Assembly (NCBI GenBank): GCA_946624325.1
Contig: CAMOSC010000001.1
Span: 1,646 to 65,645, forward strand
Direction of reading: 5' to 3'
From: an uncultured Clostridia bacterium
Lineage (GTDB): Bacteria; Bacillota; Clostridia; Lachnospirales; Lachnospiraceae
Length of the DNA: 64,000 nt
Shown: positions 45,016 to 55,556 of the stretch, piece by piece
How positions within the stretch are numbered: position 1 is the first letter of the stretch
Layout: every line of letters begins with the position of its first letter
Translations under genes and position numbers: made by a program
Notes under the pieces: generated by a model
Told to the model about the DNA's origin: nothing
Seen by the model: the letters and a program-made list of their open reading frames with translations, nothing else
The model's database searches: none

Positions 45016-46179
45016 ATGGGCATACATACGGAAAAACCGGTCCCCATGCACGTGGGCATTATCGGGACCGGAATGATCAGCGGCATCTATCTGAAAACCA
45101 TGATTGAAAGGATGGATATCCTTCAGGTTGATGCCATTGCAGGCAGGAACATGGAAAAGACACGGGCTGCCGCAGAAAAATATGGCCTGAGGGCCTGCAC
45201 GACGGATGAAATCCTCGCGGATCCCTCCATTGACATCGTCCTGGTCCTGACAGGCCCTGCCACACATGAGGAGATCATATCAAAAGCGCTGAATGCGGGC
45301 AAACATGTTTATACCGAAAAGAGCTTTGCCCTGGAAACCGAAGCCGGAAAGCGCCTCTGCAGCCTGGCGCGGGAAAAGGGGCTGTATCTCGGCTGCGCCC
45401 CGGACACCTTTTTTGCAGGCTGGGTGCAGAAGGCAAGAGAGGTGATTGACTCCGGAATGCTGGGCACCATCTCCTCTTTCGCCATGGTGGGAAACCGGGA
45501 CAATGAGCGCATGCTCTCCGCCCACGATTACCTGAACCGCCCGGGCGGCGGCATTATCCAGGATTATGCGGTTTACTATCTGACTGTCCTGACATCACTC
45601 CTGGGGCCCGTCGTCCGGGTAAGCGCCCGCATTAAAGCGCCTTATCCCACCCATGTAAATATATTTGAGCATTCCCCGCATTTCGGGGAGGTCATCGAAA
45701 CCCCGAACGAGAGCCAGATCTACAGTATGCTCGAAATGGAAAACGGTATTACAGGGACGCTTTCCATCAATGCGGACAGCGCTTTCTTCGATCAGACGTA
45801 TTTCGCAGTCTACGGAAACCGGGGAATCCTCTATCTGGGCTGCCCGGACTGGTTCGAGGGAGAAGTGTGGTTCTACGATAACAATCTGGATTTTGAGAAG
45901 CATATCCTGCCGAAGAAGGTACAGCTGGAGGTTCCCTACGCCTTCCGGGAAAACTCCAGGGGCGTCGGCGTGGCGGAAATGGCCTGGGCCATCCGTGAAG
46001 GCAGGGAACACCGCGCCTCCGGCGAACGGGCACTCCATGTACTGGATATTGAAGAGCAGATGGTGAAAAGCAATGCCCAAAACAGCGCGTTTACGGAGGT
46101 GGAAACAACCTGCACGCGCCCGCAGCCGCTGCAGGTTCCGGCAGGGAATGAGGAAAGCGCCTTCAGGGTAACGCCGTAA
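45016..46179 (+). CDS. Gfo/Idh/MocA family oxidoreductase
   Basis: GIIGTGMIS, AGKHVYTEK, GCAPDTF, GGG...D..VYY. Confidence 0.9.
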   Translation: MGIHTEKPVPMHVGIIGTGMISGIYLKTMIERMDILQVDAIAGRNMEKTRAAAEKYGLRACTTDEILADPSIDIVLVLTGPATHEEIISKALNAGKHVYTEKSFALETEAGKRLCSLAREKGLYLGCAPDTFFAGWVQKAREVIDSGMLGTISSFAMVGNRDNERMLSAHDYLNRPGGGIIQDYAVYYLTVLTSLLGPVVRVSARIKAPYPTHVNIFEHSPHFGEVIETPNESQIYSMLEMENGITGTLSINADSAFFDQTYFAVYGNRGILYLGCPDWFEGEVWFYDNNLDFEKHILPKKVQLEVPYAFRENSRGVGVAEMAWAIREGREHRASGERALHVLDIEEQMVKSNAQNSAFTEVETTCTRPQPLQVPAGNEESAFRVTP

Positions 46180-46467
46180 GCAGCCATCTTCCATCGGCCC
46201 CGTTTTCACAAAGCAGCATTTCTCGGGCAGGCGGTGTAAACGCATCACATATTTGTTCCCGGCTGTGAGCAGAGCACATATTCTTCCGGCCACAGCATAA
46301 ATCCGCCGGAACAGATGATCCGCGATATCGGTACAGCCGCCCTGTCCGGGCATTGCATACAGACATTTTTCCACGCGCTGCTTTTTTCAGATGGGACCGC
46401 AGAACAAGTCATCACAGTGTTTATTCATTGCGTCAATGTACAAATCTTATTTCAGGAGGGCAAAAAG

Positions 46468-47817
46468 ATGCAGATCAGATTTCCCGAGAATTTCACCTGG
46501 GGTGTTGCCACCGCCGCCGCGCAGATTGAAGGCGGCGCTTACGAGGACGGCAGAGGCCCGTCCATCTGGGATGTGTTTTCCTCCATTCCCGGAAAAATCA
46601 AAAACGGCGGGAAGCCGGATGTTGCCTGCGATTCCTATCATCTCGCGGAGCGCGATGTGGAGATGCTGAAGGAGCTTGGTGTAAACTCCTACCGTTTTTC
46701 CTTCTCCTGGTCCCGCATCCTGCCCCAGGGCACCGGAAAAGTGAATGAAGCGGGCATTGCCTACTACAAAAAGCTTCTGGGGCTTCTGAAGGATGCCGGC
46801 ATTAAGGCAAACGCCACCATCTACCACTGGGACCTGCCCTACGCGCTGCAGATGAAGGGCGGCTTCGGCAACCGTGATATCGTAAACTGGTATCTGGAAT
46901 ATGCGAAAGTGCTGTTTGACAATTTCGGAGACGACGTGGATCTCTGGGCCACCTTCAACGAGCCCATCGCCACCTATGTGGGATACGGTCCCGGCTTCTT
47001 TGCGCCGGGCATCCAGGACGAGAAATATGCCCGCCAGGCTCTGCATCACCTGCTGCTGTGCCACGGCGAGGGCGTAAAGCTGTTCCGCAGCTATTCCTTC
47101 AAAAAGGCGAAGATCGGCATTGTGGTGGACGTCTGGAAGCATTATCCGGGACGGCCCGGAAACGCCGAGGATGAAGCCATGGCGCTGCAGGGCAATGAGA
47201 TCCGGGGCTTCGGCATGTTCCTGCATCCGCTTTTCCTGGGCGGGTATTCGGAGCCGCTGCAGGCCTATTTCCGGGAGAACGGCCTCACGCCGGTTATGCG
47301 GGAAGGCGATTTCGAGACCATCCGTCAGCCGCTGGATTTTTACGGCCTGAATTTCTACAACGGCCTGTACGACAATGCCGAAAAGCTTCGCGAGATGCAG
47401 AAAAAGCGCATGGAGGGCGGCAATTACCAGGACCGCCCGGAGAACCATCCGGAAGCCCTCAGGGATGTGCTGCACATGCTGAAGGAAAAGTACGGCGTGA
47501 ATATCCCCATCTACATTACCGAAAACGGCATGCCCTTTGACGATGCACAGGGGAAGGCCGCGAACCTTGACGATCAGGCAAGGATTGACTATGTAAAGGG
47601 CGTTCTTACCTGGCTTCACAAAGGCATAGAGGACGGCATCGACGTGAGGGGGTATTACCTCTGGTCCCTGATGGACAACTTTGAGTGGTCCGCAGGCTAC
47701 GCCGCCCGCTACGGTCTGTATTATACCGATTATGAGACGCTGGAGCGCATTCCGAAGAAGAGCGCTTCCTGGTACGCGCAGGTAATCCGGGAGAACGGAT
47801 TTGATGCGGAGTCCTGA
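46468..47817 (+). CDS. Glycoside hydrolase family 1 beta-glucosidase
   Basis: F.WGVATAAAQIEG, YRFSFSWSRI, TFNEP, YITENG, WSLMDNFEW. Confidence 0.95.
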   Translation: MQIRFPENFTWGVATAAAQIEGGAYEDGRGPSIWDVFSSIPGKIKNGGKPDVACDSYHLAERDVEMLKELGVNSYRFSFSWSRILPQGTGKVNEAGIAYYKKLLGLLKDAGIKANATIYHWDLPYALQMKGGFGNRDIVNWYLEYAKVLFDNFGDDVDLWATFNEPIATYVGYGPGFFAPGIQDEKYARQALHHLLLCHGEGVKLFRSYSFKKAKIGIVVDVWKHYPGRPGNAEDEAMALQGNEIRGFGMFLHPLFLGGYSEPLQAYFRENGLTPVMREGDFETIRQPLDFYGLNFYNGLYDNAEKLREMQKKRMEGGNYQDRPENHPEALRDVLHMLKEKYGVNIPIYITENGMPFDDAQGKAANLDDQARIDYVKGVLTWLHKGIEDGIDVRGYYLWSLMDNFEWSAGYAARYGLYYTDYETLERIPKKSASWYAQVIRENGFDAES

Positions 47818-47850
47818 AGCGTTCAGATTTTCTTTCCATTGAAACCGCGC

Positions 47851-47893
47851 AGCAGACAGTCCGGGCAGCAGTAAACTGCCCGGACTGTCTGCT
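47851..47893 (+). terminator. Perfect 18-bp inverted repeat followed by a T-run
   Basis: AGCAGACAGTCCGGGCAG-7 nt-CTGCCCGGACTGTCTGCT-TTTT. Confidence 0.65.
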
Positions 47894-48003
47894 TTTTGCG
47901 CAGGTACCCGGCATACCCATTCGGGCACAGGTGCGCTGAGCCGCTTGCGAGCTTCCACATCTGCCGGGTGATAGACAAAAGCAGCCAGAGGCTGCGAATG
48001 TCC
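47891..48003 (-). repeat. Repeat family B copy 3, carrying one extra 14-bp hairpin unit
   Basis: Reverse complement matches copies 1 and 2 plus an extra TGTGCCCGAATGGGTA at 47914-47929. Confidence 0.85.
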
Positions 48004-48088
48004 GCCTGCTGAATCGGATGGACGGATGGTTTTCCCGCACATCCGATCCATTTCCGGAGACCGGCTCTGAACAGTTGCCATTTTCTAT

Positions 48089-50026
48089 TCAGTGCGTAAA
48101 GCTTTGTACGAAGCATATGATTCTCCGTATTATTCCAAAAGGCAGGAATCCGTTCTCTTCCGCCCGGTCTAGGGCTTCCTCCCGGCTCTGCCTGAGCTTT
48201 TCCAGGAAATTCCGGAAAAGCTCAATCTGCTCCTGCGTATAACCGCCCGCTGATCCGGCTTCCTCCGCCTCTTCAGTCATAGTCTCTTCCGTGTTCGAAC
48301 GGCTGGTCTTTTTTGAAGAACCGGAGCCCGTATTTCCCGAGGAAGAAGACTTTTTGGAGCCGTGCCCGGAGGAGCTTTCAGAGCCGGCTCCGGAAGCGGA
48401 GCCGCTCTTTTTGCCGCCCGATCCGCTGCTGCTCTTCGTACTGCTTTTCCCGGAAGACCTTCCGCCCGATGAAGCAGATGCGCTTTTCTTTCCGCTGCCT
48501 GAGGACTGACTGCTCTCTGCCCCGCCGGCTGCTCCGCTGTCCTCTTCCGCTTCCCCGGATTCACCTTCTGTTTCCTCATCGGATCCGTCCGGCTCTTCTG
48601 TTTCTTCATCCGTTTCTTCTGTACATTCCTCCGGCTCCTCGAGACCTTCCTCAGTTTCTTCAGTGTCTTCCTCTGAATCCTCGATGCCTTCCTCAGGTTC
48701 CTCGAGACCCTCTTCAGTATCTTCCTCTGGCTCTTCGAGACCCTCCTCCGGTTCTCCAGCGTCTTCCTCCTCCTCTTCGAAGCACTTCTCCGGCTCTTCC
48801 GTGTTTTCCTCTTCCTCTTCGAGGCACTTCTCCGGTTCTTCAGACTCCCCTGTTTCCCCGGGACCCTCTTCCGATTCTTCAGAAGCTTCCCCCGGTTCCC
48901 GGCTGCCCTCTTCAGCCTCTTCGGTCTCCTCCTCAGTTTCTTCTGAATCCCCGTCTGTTTCCGTACTTTTCTCCGTTATTTCTGTACTGTCCTCTGTTTC
49001 TTCTATACTGTCCTCAGGTTCCTCTGTAGTATCCTCTGTTTCTTCTGTAGTATCCTCTGTTTCCTCTGTACCGACCTCCATGCCATCATTTACTTCTGCT
49101 TCTCTTTTTATTTCTTCTTCTGCTTCTTTTATTTCTATCTCTTTTTCTTCCGCACTTTCCTCCGCGAAATCCATCACAGCGTCGATCCATTCGCCTCTCA
49201 TCTGTTCAAAGATTTCCCCGCGGATCTGCGCAGCCTCCAGGCAGATCCGCTCCGCCTGCTCCTCTCTGAAAATCTCCGGGAACTCGCGGTTCAGCTCCAT
49301 AACGAATTCCCGGAAAGCATCCGCGAAAAGCCCGCTGTCATCCATTGCCGGAACGCTTCCCACACTGTCCGGAAAATACTGCAGTATAAGTGTTTTCAGG
49401 ACTTCCGATACCTGACTGTCCTCATTTTCAGATCTATCATAAATCTGCTCAAGGCAGCCTGTTACTTCCGCGAAAAGCTCCTTAGCAATCTTATGCTCCT
49501 CTCCTTCGGAAACAACCGTATCCTTTGCAGCACCTCTGTCGGTGTCCGGATCCGCCGCAGCGTCTTCACCTTCTGTGGTATCAGGAATCTTTACAGATTC
49601 CTGTTCTTCTTCCTCTTCCACCACCGCAGCGGTTTCCGCTGCCTGTTCTGCCTCTGTATCCGTTGCTCCGGCAGCTTCCTCTTCCATCACCGCGACGGTT
49701 TCTGCTGCCTGTTCTGCCTCCGTACCCGTTGCCCCGGCAGCTTCCTCCGCTGCCGGCATTTCCATTTCGGTAACAGTATACGTCTCATCCTCCTGCGCTG
49801 CGGCATACAGAAGCTGATTCAGTGCCAGTATACCGGTTATGGCGCAGACCGCCGCACGTTTTCCGGCCCTCCTGCGTATTCTCCGGTTATGCCCGGGTAT
49901 ATTGTCGGGACCCAGACCGGTTCCCCTGCTGGGCCTTTGAACTTCCGCATTTCTTTCTGTATAACCACTTCTTTCAGTATAATCATTTCTTCCTGTATTT
50001 TCATTTCTGACACGATATCTTTTCAT
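48089..50026 (-). CDS. Very acidic, Glu-rich repetitive exported protein
   Basis: Extended basic N-region, then AAVCAITGILALNQLLYAAA; 7-aa EExExxx repeats; S/G/K-rich segment; RBS GGAGG. Confidence 0.7.
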   Translation of the reverse strand: MKRYRVRNENTGRNDYTERSGYTERNAEVQRPSRGTGLGPDNIPGHNRRIRRRAGKRAAVCAITGILALNQLLYAAAQEDETYTVTEMEMPAAEEAAGATGTEAEQAAETVAVMEEEAAGATDTEAEQAAETAAVVEEEEEQESVKIPDTTEGEDAAADPDTDRGAAKDTVVSEGEEHKIAKELFAEVTGCLEQIYDRSENEDSQVSEVLKTLILQYFPDSVGSVPAMDDSGLFADAFREFVMELNREFPEIFREEQAERICLEAAQIRGEIFEQMRGEWIDAVMDFAEESAEEKEIEIKEAEEEIKREAEVNDGMEVGTEETEDTTEETEDTTEEPEDSIEETEDSTEITEKSTETDGDSEETEEETEEAEEGSREPGEASEESEEGPGETGESEEPEKCLEEEEENTEEPEKCFEEEEEDAGEPEEGLEEPEEDTEEGLEEPEEGIEDSEEDTEETEEGLEEPEECTEETDEETEEPDGSDEETEGESGEAEEDSGAAGGAESSQSSGSGKKSASASSGGRSSGKSSTKSSSGSGGKKSGSASGAGSESSSGHGSKKSSSSGNTGSGSSKKTSRSNTEETMTEEAEEAGSAGGYTQEQIELFRNFLEKLRQSREEALDRAEENGFLPFGIIRRIICFVQSFTH

Positions 50027-50176
50027 TACCTTAACCTCCTGCTTCCCGGAACATAAACATTGCATTTCCGCTTTCGGACATTCACAGCACGCTGTTGATG
50101 CATACTGTCCAGCTGCGTTTTATATTCCGTTGTGAATCACAGTTTAACAGGCAAAGCTAAAGCAAAGCTTAAATTT

Positions 50177-50326
50177 CAGTAACTCAGGGCCGGACTCCGG
50201 AAAAGGTGAAAAACAGCTGTTCTTATGTTGTGGCGTACCCGCCGGATGCAAATCATCGGATGGCGGAGAGATCCGTTCCCCGATTCCCGTGCGGGAATCT
50301 CTCTGCGCCTGGCTAAAAAAAACTGC
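50177..50326 (-). repeat. Degenerate family A copy
   Basis: TCAGGGCCGGACTCCGGAAA...GTTGTGGCGT.CCCGCCGGATGCAAATC...TGCGCCTGGCT follows the layout of 11747. Confidence 0.6.
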
Positions 50327-50391
50327 ACCGGAAGGGCTTTTCAGCCATTCCGGTGCAGGGTCGTTCTGCAGCCGCAATTTTAATTGCCGGG

Positions 50392-50780
50392 TTATTCCTC
50401 CCCGTCTGTTCTCCTAGTCTCCACGCCGCTGTACACATTCTGCATGAAAACGTCCGCAAGGGCGGGCCACCCGGCAGCGTTTTCGTAGAAGGTGCCGTCC
50501 GCATGCGTCCCGGCGCCGAAGCCGTGAGGCACACCGGAGAAGGTATGAAGCTCACATGGGATTCCCATGTCCTTTACAGCCTTAAAGGATTCAAAGCCCC
50601 AGTCCCACAGTCCCGCATCGGCGCTTCCGTACGCGATGAAGGTTGCAGGGAAGTTTTCATTGGTAATTTCCTCCGGCGTTTCATGATAGGTGACGGAATA
50701 GATGCCGACATAACAGTTTACATCAGCTGATACCTCATCCAGCTCATCGGGGACATAATTCACTTGAAAAGCATCCCTGT
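50392..50780 (-). pseudogene. C-terminal fragment of an alpha/beta hydrolase (esterase)
   Basis: FPATFIAYGSAD...ELHTFSGVPHGFG...W...AD.F present; no GxSxG half and no clear start. Confidence 0.6.
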
Positions 50781-50815
50781 CCGACACCGGCTGATACAGC
50801 TTCGGGATATTGGAA

Positions 50816-51391
50816 TCAGGATCCGGTGAACCGAAGATAATACCCGTAAACCTCTTCACCGTACCCGGTGATCCGTTTGGTATTGGCATTGTACCGGCTG
50901 AATGTTTTCTTCAGCTCCTCCGGCGCGGAATGTGCAAGGTCATAATGGCCGTTCACTTCAAAAGAAGCCGCAAGGAGGTTCAGTGCCGCCATGCGCAGGT
51001 TGAAGGCCCTGTCCCGGTTCAGCTTCAGCCACATGATCCGGATATCTTCGGAGTTCTTCGGATCCGACACAAATCCTGCTGGCAGGCCCAGGCCCTGAGC
51101 GTTTTCTATTCCCTGTTCCGCCGCAAAATTCAGCGCATTGATCGCCACATAGGCGAATATCTGGGCATAGCCCGTGGAACTGTCCCTGCGGCCGGCAAGC
51201 CTCGAGAGAAGCCTGCTTCGAACAATACAGTCCGCCGCAAGGTCCGCCAGGTCGATCTCCTTTATCTCCCGGAACAGGATTGCCTTCATGCAGGCTGACG
51301 GAACCCGGTATTCTCTTTCAATCTGATCCAGGATACCGCCCAGCCCTTCTGTTATCTCCTCCGCTTTTTTTGCACTGTACAGCCTGATCAT
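50816..51391 (-). CDS. Hypothetical protein, possibly lysozyme-like fold
   Basis: AILFRE, DSSTGYAQI, RYN...YG..VY resemble transglycosylase motifs; RBS AAGGAG. Confidence 0.5.
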   Translation of the reverse strand: MIRLYSAKKAEEITEGLGGILDQIEREYRVPSACMKAILFREIKEIDLADLAADCIVRSRLLSRLAGRRDSSTGYAQIFAYVAINALNFAAEQGIENAQGLGLPAGFVSDPKNSEDIRIMWLKLNRDRAFNLRMAALNLLAASFEVNGHYDLAHSAPEELKKTFSRYNANTKRITGYGEEVYGYYLRFTGS

Positions 51392-51609
51392 TATAATTCC
51401 GCTCCTTTGCCGTCCGGATAAGCTTTCTGTCTCCTCCAGAGCAATCTCCGTTTATAAACGATTCCATTTTACGCTTCAGGACGGATTTTTGCAAGGTTCC
51501 GGGCGTCAGATACGGAAACTTACGATCGGCTTCTACGCACTCATGCCCGAATGGTTTTGCCGCGTTCCTGCGCAAAGACCCGCACGCCTTACATGCGTGC
51601 GGGTCCTTG

Positions 51610-52926
51610 TCATACCTCGTTTATATCATCAAACAACTGCCGCACGCCCTCCGCGATGATCTCATCGCAGGCACCGGCCCGGATCTTCCCGAACTGTTCA
51701 AAGCAGAAATGGTTTACGGAAGTCGCGTCGATGATATAGCCGACGGAACGGTCCACATGCGTAATGACCATGGTCCTGCTGTAGGGGGAAGCCTCATGGC
51801 AGTATTTCCCGATCAGCCCGTAAAGCTCCGCCGCAACGCCCACCACGGCGACATCGCCCAGCACCATCTCCTGCACATAAAGCGGCACCTTCTCATCCGG
51901 GTCATCCACGGCCGCGGGAAGCTTTTCGCCGGGCTTGAGCGGGTAGATATGGTTGGTGATATCATTCACCCACTGTCCGTTAAACTCCTCCTCATACTTC
52001 TGTGCCGGCAGGTCGATCATGCGCTGGCCGAACTTAAGCGGCATGTTCTTATTATATTTCTCTATGCCGTTGATGGCCTTGCAGATATCCACGCCGTGGC
52101 GCTGCCCCATCACCTTTATGAGGTTATACTGGAGGCCCGGAAGGAGCTTTGCCATATAGGGGAAACCGTCCTTGTCGTAATCGCGCAGGCAGTAGAGCTG
52201 GGGATTCTGGTCGCCGGCCGCCTCGGAAGTCCAGAGCACCACCGCGTCGTTTCCGAAACGCTCCTCCGCGTATTCCTCCGCCACGCCGGGGATGTTGCCG
52301 GAGCAGCGTGTCTTCCCGTCCGCGTCCACGTCAAAATAGCCCAGGGTCGCGTGCATGCCGTAGCTGACAATCGCGGCAATGAGCCGGTCCGTCTCATCCA
52401 CAAACTTCATCACGTATACGTTATGGTCGCAGTAGCCCTCAGGCTCGTAGCCCTGGGTAAAGGTTCCGTCCTCGGTGAGCATGTCGCGGTTGCCGTTGAC
52501 ATAGCTCTTCCCGGTGCCGAAGCCGTAACGGGCCGGACGCTTCTTCGCCAGCGCTTCCTTTACCGCTTCCACCGCCCGGTCATTCACCATGCCCATGTAG
52601 GAGCGCCACTTTTTCTGATCCTCCTCTGCCCGGGAGAAAACCATATCACAGCCGGTGTGGTTGTGGATGGCCGAAAGCATGATATGCCCCGCAGGGATGC
52701 CGCATTCCGCTTCTATTCTCGCCTTTAGCGGCTTTGGATCGAGCACGCCGCCCAGGTCAAAGCCCATGAAGAGCGCCTGCTCCTTCCCGTTGTCCATCAC
52801 CACTGCCCGCACAAAACAGTTCGTGAAAACCCCCACAAAGGGATTGCCGAACTGATAGGACGGATAGGGGAAAAGCTCCTCCGCGGGATTGATGTTTTTT
52901 CTTGCTGCACCGACTGATAAACTCAT
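51610..52926 (-). CDS. Neutral/alkaline ceramidase-like metal-dependent hydrolase
   Basis: VRAVV, SAIHNHTG, VN.NR, YGMHAT, AAGDQNP, AEL, GYI. Confidence 0.7.
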   Translation of the reverse strand: MSLSVGAARKNINPAEELFPYPSYQFGNPFVGVFTNCFVRAVVMDNGKEQALFMGFDLGGVLDPKPLKARIEAECGIPAGHIMLSAIHNHTGCDMVFSRAEEDQKKWRSYMGMVNDRAVEAVKEALAKKRPARYGFGTGKSYVNGNRDMLTEDGTFTQGYEPEGYCDHNVYVMKFVDETDRLIAAIVSYGMHATLGYFDVDADGKTRCSGNIPGVAEEYAEERFGNDAVVLWTSEAAGDQNPQLYCLRDYDKDGFPYMAKLLPGLQYNLIKVMGQRHGVDICKAINGIEKYNKNMPLKFGQRMIDLPAQKYEEEFNGQWVNDITNHIYPLKPGEKLPAAVDDPDEKVPLYVQEMVLGDVAVVGVAAELYGLIGKYCHEASPYSRTMVITHVDRSVGYIIDATSVNHFCFEQFGKIRAGACDEIIAEGVRQLFDDINEV

Positions 52927-53158
52927 AACAGGTATCCTCCTTTTTCAGCTCTTTGACACATATGGATCAGCTTTTTAACCGGCGCGTCAGGCAGACGGCC
53001 TTCTTATTCTAAAAAAAGCTGCCCGCTTACCGCTACCCCGTCCTCCGGGGTACGGTCTGCAGGGCAGCTCTGCGTTTACGATAGATTGTTGAAACTGTTC
53101 GGCGCCGGACTTCGAAACCGGCAAAAGAGAGCCTCCCTCTGAAATCCCGCTGCCTGCA

Positions 53159-54052
53159 TCAGCCCTTCACGCCGCCCACGGAGATGCCCTTCACGAAATA
53201 CTTCTGGAAGAAGGGGAAGGCAATCAGGATCGGCAGGATGCCCACGAAAGCAATTGCCATACGGACCGTGGTGGAAGGAATCTTCGAGGTGTCAACCGTC
53301 AGTCCGAGCTGCGAAGCCTGGGATGCAAGGAAGTTCACCTGGCTGTTGATTTCGTTGAGAATCAGCTGGATAGTGCGGTAGGGGCCGCCGTTTCTCGGAG
53401 ACAGGTAATACAGACCATTCATCCAGTCATTCCAGTATCCGATGGCTGTCATAATGCCGATGGTTGCCAGAATCGGTACGGACAGGGGCAGCAGGATTTT
53501 CCAGAAAACGGAAAACTCGCTGGCGCCGTCGATGCGGGAAGCCTCCAGAATTTCAGCGGAGACGTTATTGCGGAAATAGTTGCTCACCAGAATGACGTTG
53601 AAAGCGTTCATCACATAGTTGGGCAGGATCAGTGCCAGATAGCTGTCCTTAATGCGGACGAAATTGGTATAGACAAAATACTGGGCAACGATACCGCCGT
53701 TGAAGAGCATGGAGATAATCAGCATGGCCGTAATGACCTTGCCGCCCGGGAGTCCCTTCACGGTCAGGCCATAGCCGAACATGGCCGTCACGATCAGGGA
53801 GACGCCGGTACCGATGGCGGTTACCAGGATGGTATTCAGATAACCCTTGCCGATCATAGCCCAGGCATCGATGATATACTTATAAGCTTCCGTGCTCCAC
53901 TTCGAGGGGAAATAAGAGAAGCCTTCGCTGAGCGCTGTCGCGTTATCCGTAAATGAACCGATTATTAACAGAATAATCGGAAGGATTGCAAAAACCGAAA
54001 GGATGATCAAAATGATATTTGACCAGAGTCTCATTTTCTTTCCCGTTACCAT
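53159..54052 (-). CDS. Carbohydrate ABC transporter permease
   Basis: EASRIDGASE EAA loop; FNGG, YWNDW, PFFQKYFVKG. Confidence 0.93.
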   Translation of the reverse strand: MVTGKKMRLWSNIILIILSVFAILPIILLIIGSFTDNATALSEGFSYFPSKWSTEAYKYIIDAWAMIGKGYLNTILVTAIGTGVSLIVTAMFGYGLTVKGLPGGKVITAMLIISMLFNGGIVAQYFVYTNFVRIKDSYLALILPNYVMNAFNVILVSNYFRNNVSAEILEASRIDGASEFSVFWKILLPLSVPILATIGIMTAIGYWNDWMNGLYYLSPRNGGPYRTIQLILNEINSQVNFLASQASQLGLTVDTSKIPSTTVRMAIAFVGILPILIAFPFFQKYFVKGISVGGVKG

Positions 54053-54260
54053 TTCTATTCCTCCATCTATAAGGACGCCGGTGGTCAAAGTGCACACCGC
54101 GGCTCTTTTTCGCTGCCCGGCTTATCTTTTTATGGTCATCAGTTATACCTGCAGGCTCCGCTGCGCTGTTTCTCTCCGGAAGCTTCGGAACAAAGGATAT
54201 TCATGGCAGCCCTTCCATGCGCGCTGCCTTCTTTCCGCCCTCTCCCGCGCTGTCCGTTTA

Positions 54261-55184
54261 TCAGAACAGGGAATCCTCCGGCTGGATCTTGCGGATAATC
54301 GTATTTGCCGTGATCAGGGTCAGCGCGCCGACCACCGACTGGAAGACAGAAGCCGCGGACGACATGGAGTAATCGTTGTTCTTCATCAGAGCATTGTACA
54401 CAAACACATCGATCGTTCTCGTTGTGGAATACAGCATACCCTGGTTCCTGGTCACCTGGTAGAACAGTCCGAAGTTGGAGTTGAAGATGCGTCCCACATT
54501 CAGGATAAACAGGGTGATAACGGTGGGTTTGAGCAGCGGAAGCGTAATATTTTTGATCTGCTGCCATTTAGTGGCTCCGTCAAGGGTTGCAGCCTCATAG
54601 TAATCGGTGCTGATGCCGATGATGGAGGAATAGTAGATAATGGAGGTAAAGCCGATGGACTGCCATGTATTCACGATCGTCAGGATAACCGGCCAGTATT
54701 TCGGTTCGGTATACCAGGAAATTCCGGCCCTGCCCAGCGGCTTCAGGATGCTGTTGTTGACAAGGCCCGTGTCCGGTGCCAGATAGGAATATACCAGATA
54801 GTTGATGATGACGAAACTCATCAGGTTGGGAATCAGGATCAGGGTCTGATAAGCCTTCAGGGCGCCTTTGCTCATAATCTCGTTCATGAGGATGGCAACC
54901 GTCACGCCCAGCACAATACCCAGGATGATGAACAGGATGTTGTAGCCCAGGGTATTCCGAACCATGTTCCAGGCTTCACCCGAAGCGAACAGGAACCGGA
55001 AGTTGTCAAAGCCCGCCCATTCACTCAGGAAAATGCCCTTTCGGAAATCCAGGTTTTTAAAGGCGATCACAATACCGAACATGGGAAGATAATTGTTGAT
55101 AATCAGATAGGCAATGCCCGGAAGCATCATAATGTAAATTGGAAGATAATGACTCCATCTGATCGGTTTCTTTGCTGTCTTCAC
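54261..55184 (-). CDS. Carbohydrate ABC transporter permease (LplB-like)
   Basis: YLPMFGIVIAFK, W.GF.NF, YEAATLDGA.KWQQI; GTG start after GGAG. Confidence 0.92.
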   Translation of the reverse strand: MKTAKKPIRWSHYLPIYIMMLPGIAYLIINNYLPMFGIVIAFKNLDFRKGIFLSEWAGFDNFRFLFASGEAWNMVRNTLGYNILFIILGIVLGVTVAILMNEIMSKGALKAYQTLILIPNLMSFVIINYLVYSYLAPDTGLVNNSILKPLGRAGISWYTEPKYWPVILTIVNTWQSIGFTSIIYYSSIIGISTDYYEAATLDGATKWQQIKNITLPLLKPTVITLFILNVGRIFNSNFGLFYQVTRNQGMLYSTTRTIDVFVYNALMKNNDYSMSSAASVFQSVVGALTLITANTIIRKIQPEDSLF

Positions 55185-55475
55185 GTCCGCTCCTCCTTCA
55201 CTGACCTGCTTTGTCTTTGGCGGAAAGAATTCTTTATTTATATCCGCCTGTCTTGTTTCTGATGATCTCATTGTAGCCTTTTATGAAGGCTTTTTACAGA
55301 CCGTATTTCCACCTGGGAGTTATTAAAAATCCGTCTCTTTTCTCCGGGCAAGAGGATTTCTGTCCTTTCCGGGTAAACTATGGAAAACGCCGAAATTCTT
55401 TTTCTGGTGTTTTCCGCAATGGATCTGCGCAGCTGAAAGCGGCACATTTCCTGCGCATGGCTCATTGCTTACACG

Positions 55476-55506
55476 AAAAAGAAGGCACCATACGGTGCCT
55501 TCTTTT
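55476..55506. terminator. Bidirectional intrinsic terminator
   Basis: AAAAAGAAGGCACC-ATAC-GGTGCCTTCTTTT. Confidence 0.75.
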
Positions 55507-55526
55507 AAATCTGCTGTTCCAGAGCA

Positions 55527-55556
55527 TTATGGTCCTATCCTAAGCTCTTGCGGCAT
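55527..55556 (-). pseudogene. 9-codon remnant resembling the N-terminus of DUF4160-family proteins
   Basis: GGAGG-N8-ATG, MPQELRIGP-stop, overlapping the end of the upstream 90-aa gene. Confidence 0.45.
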
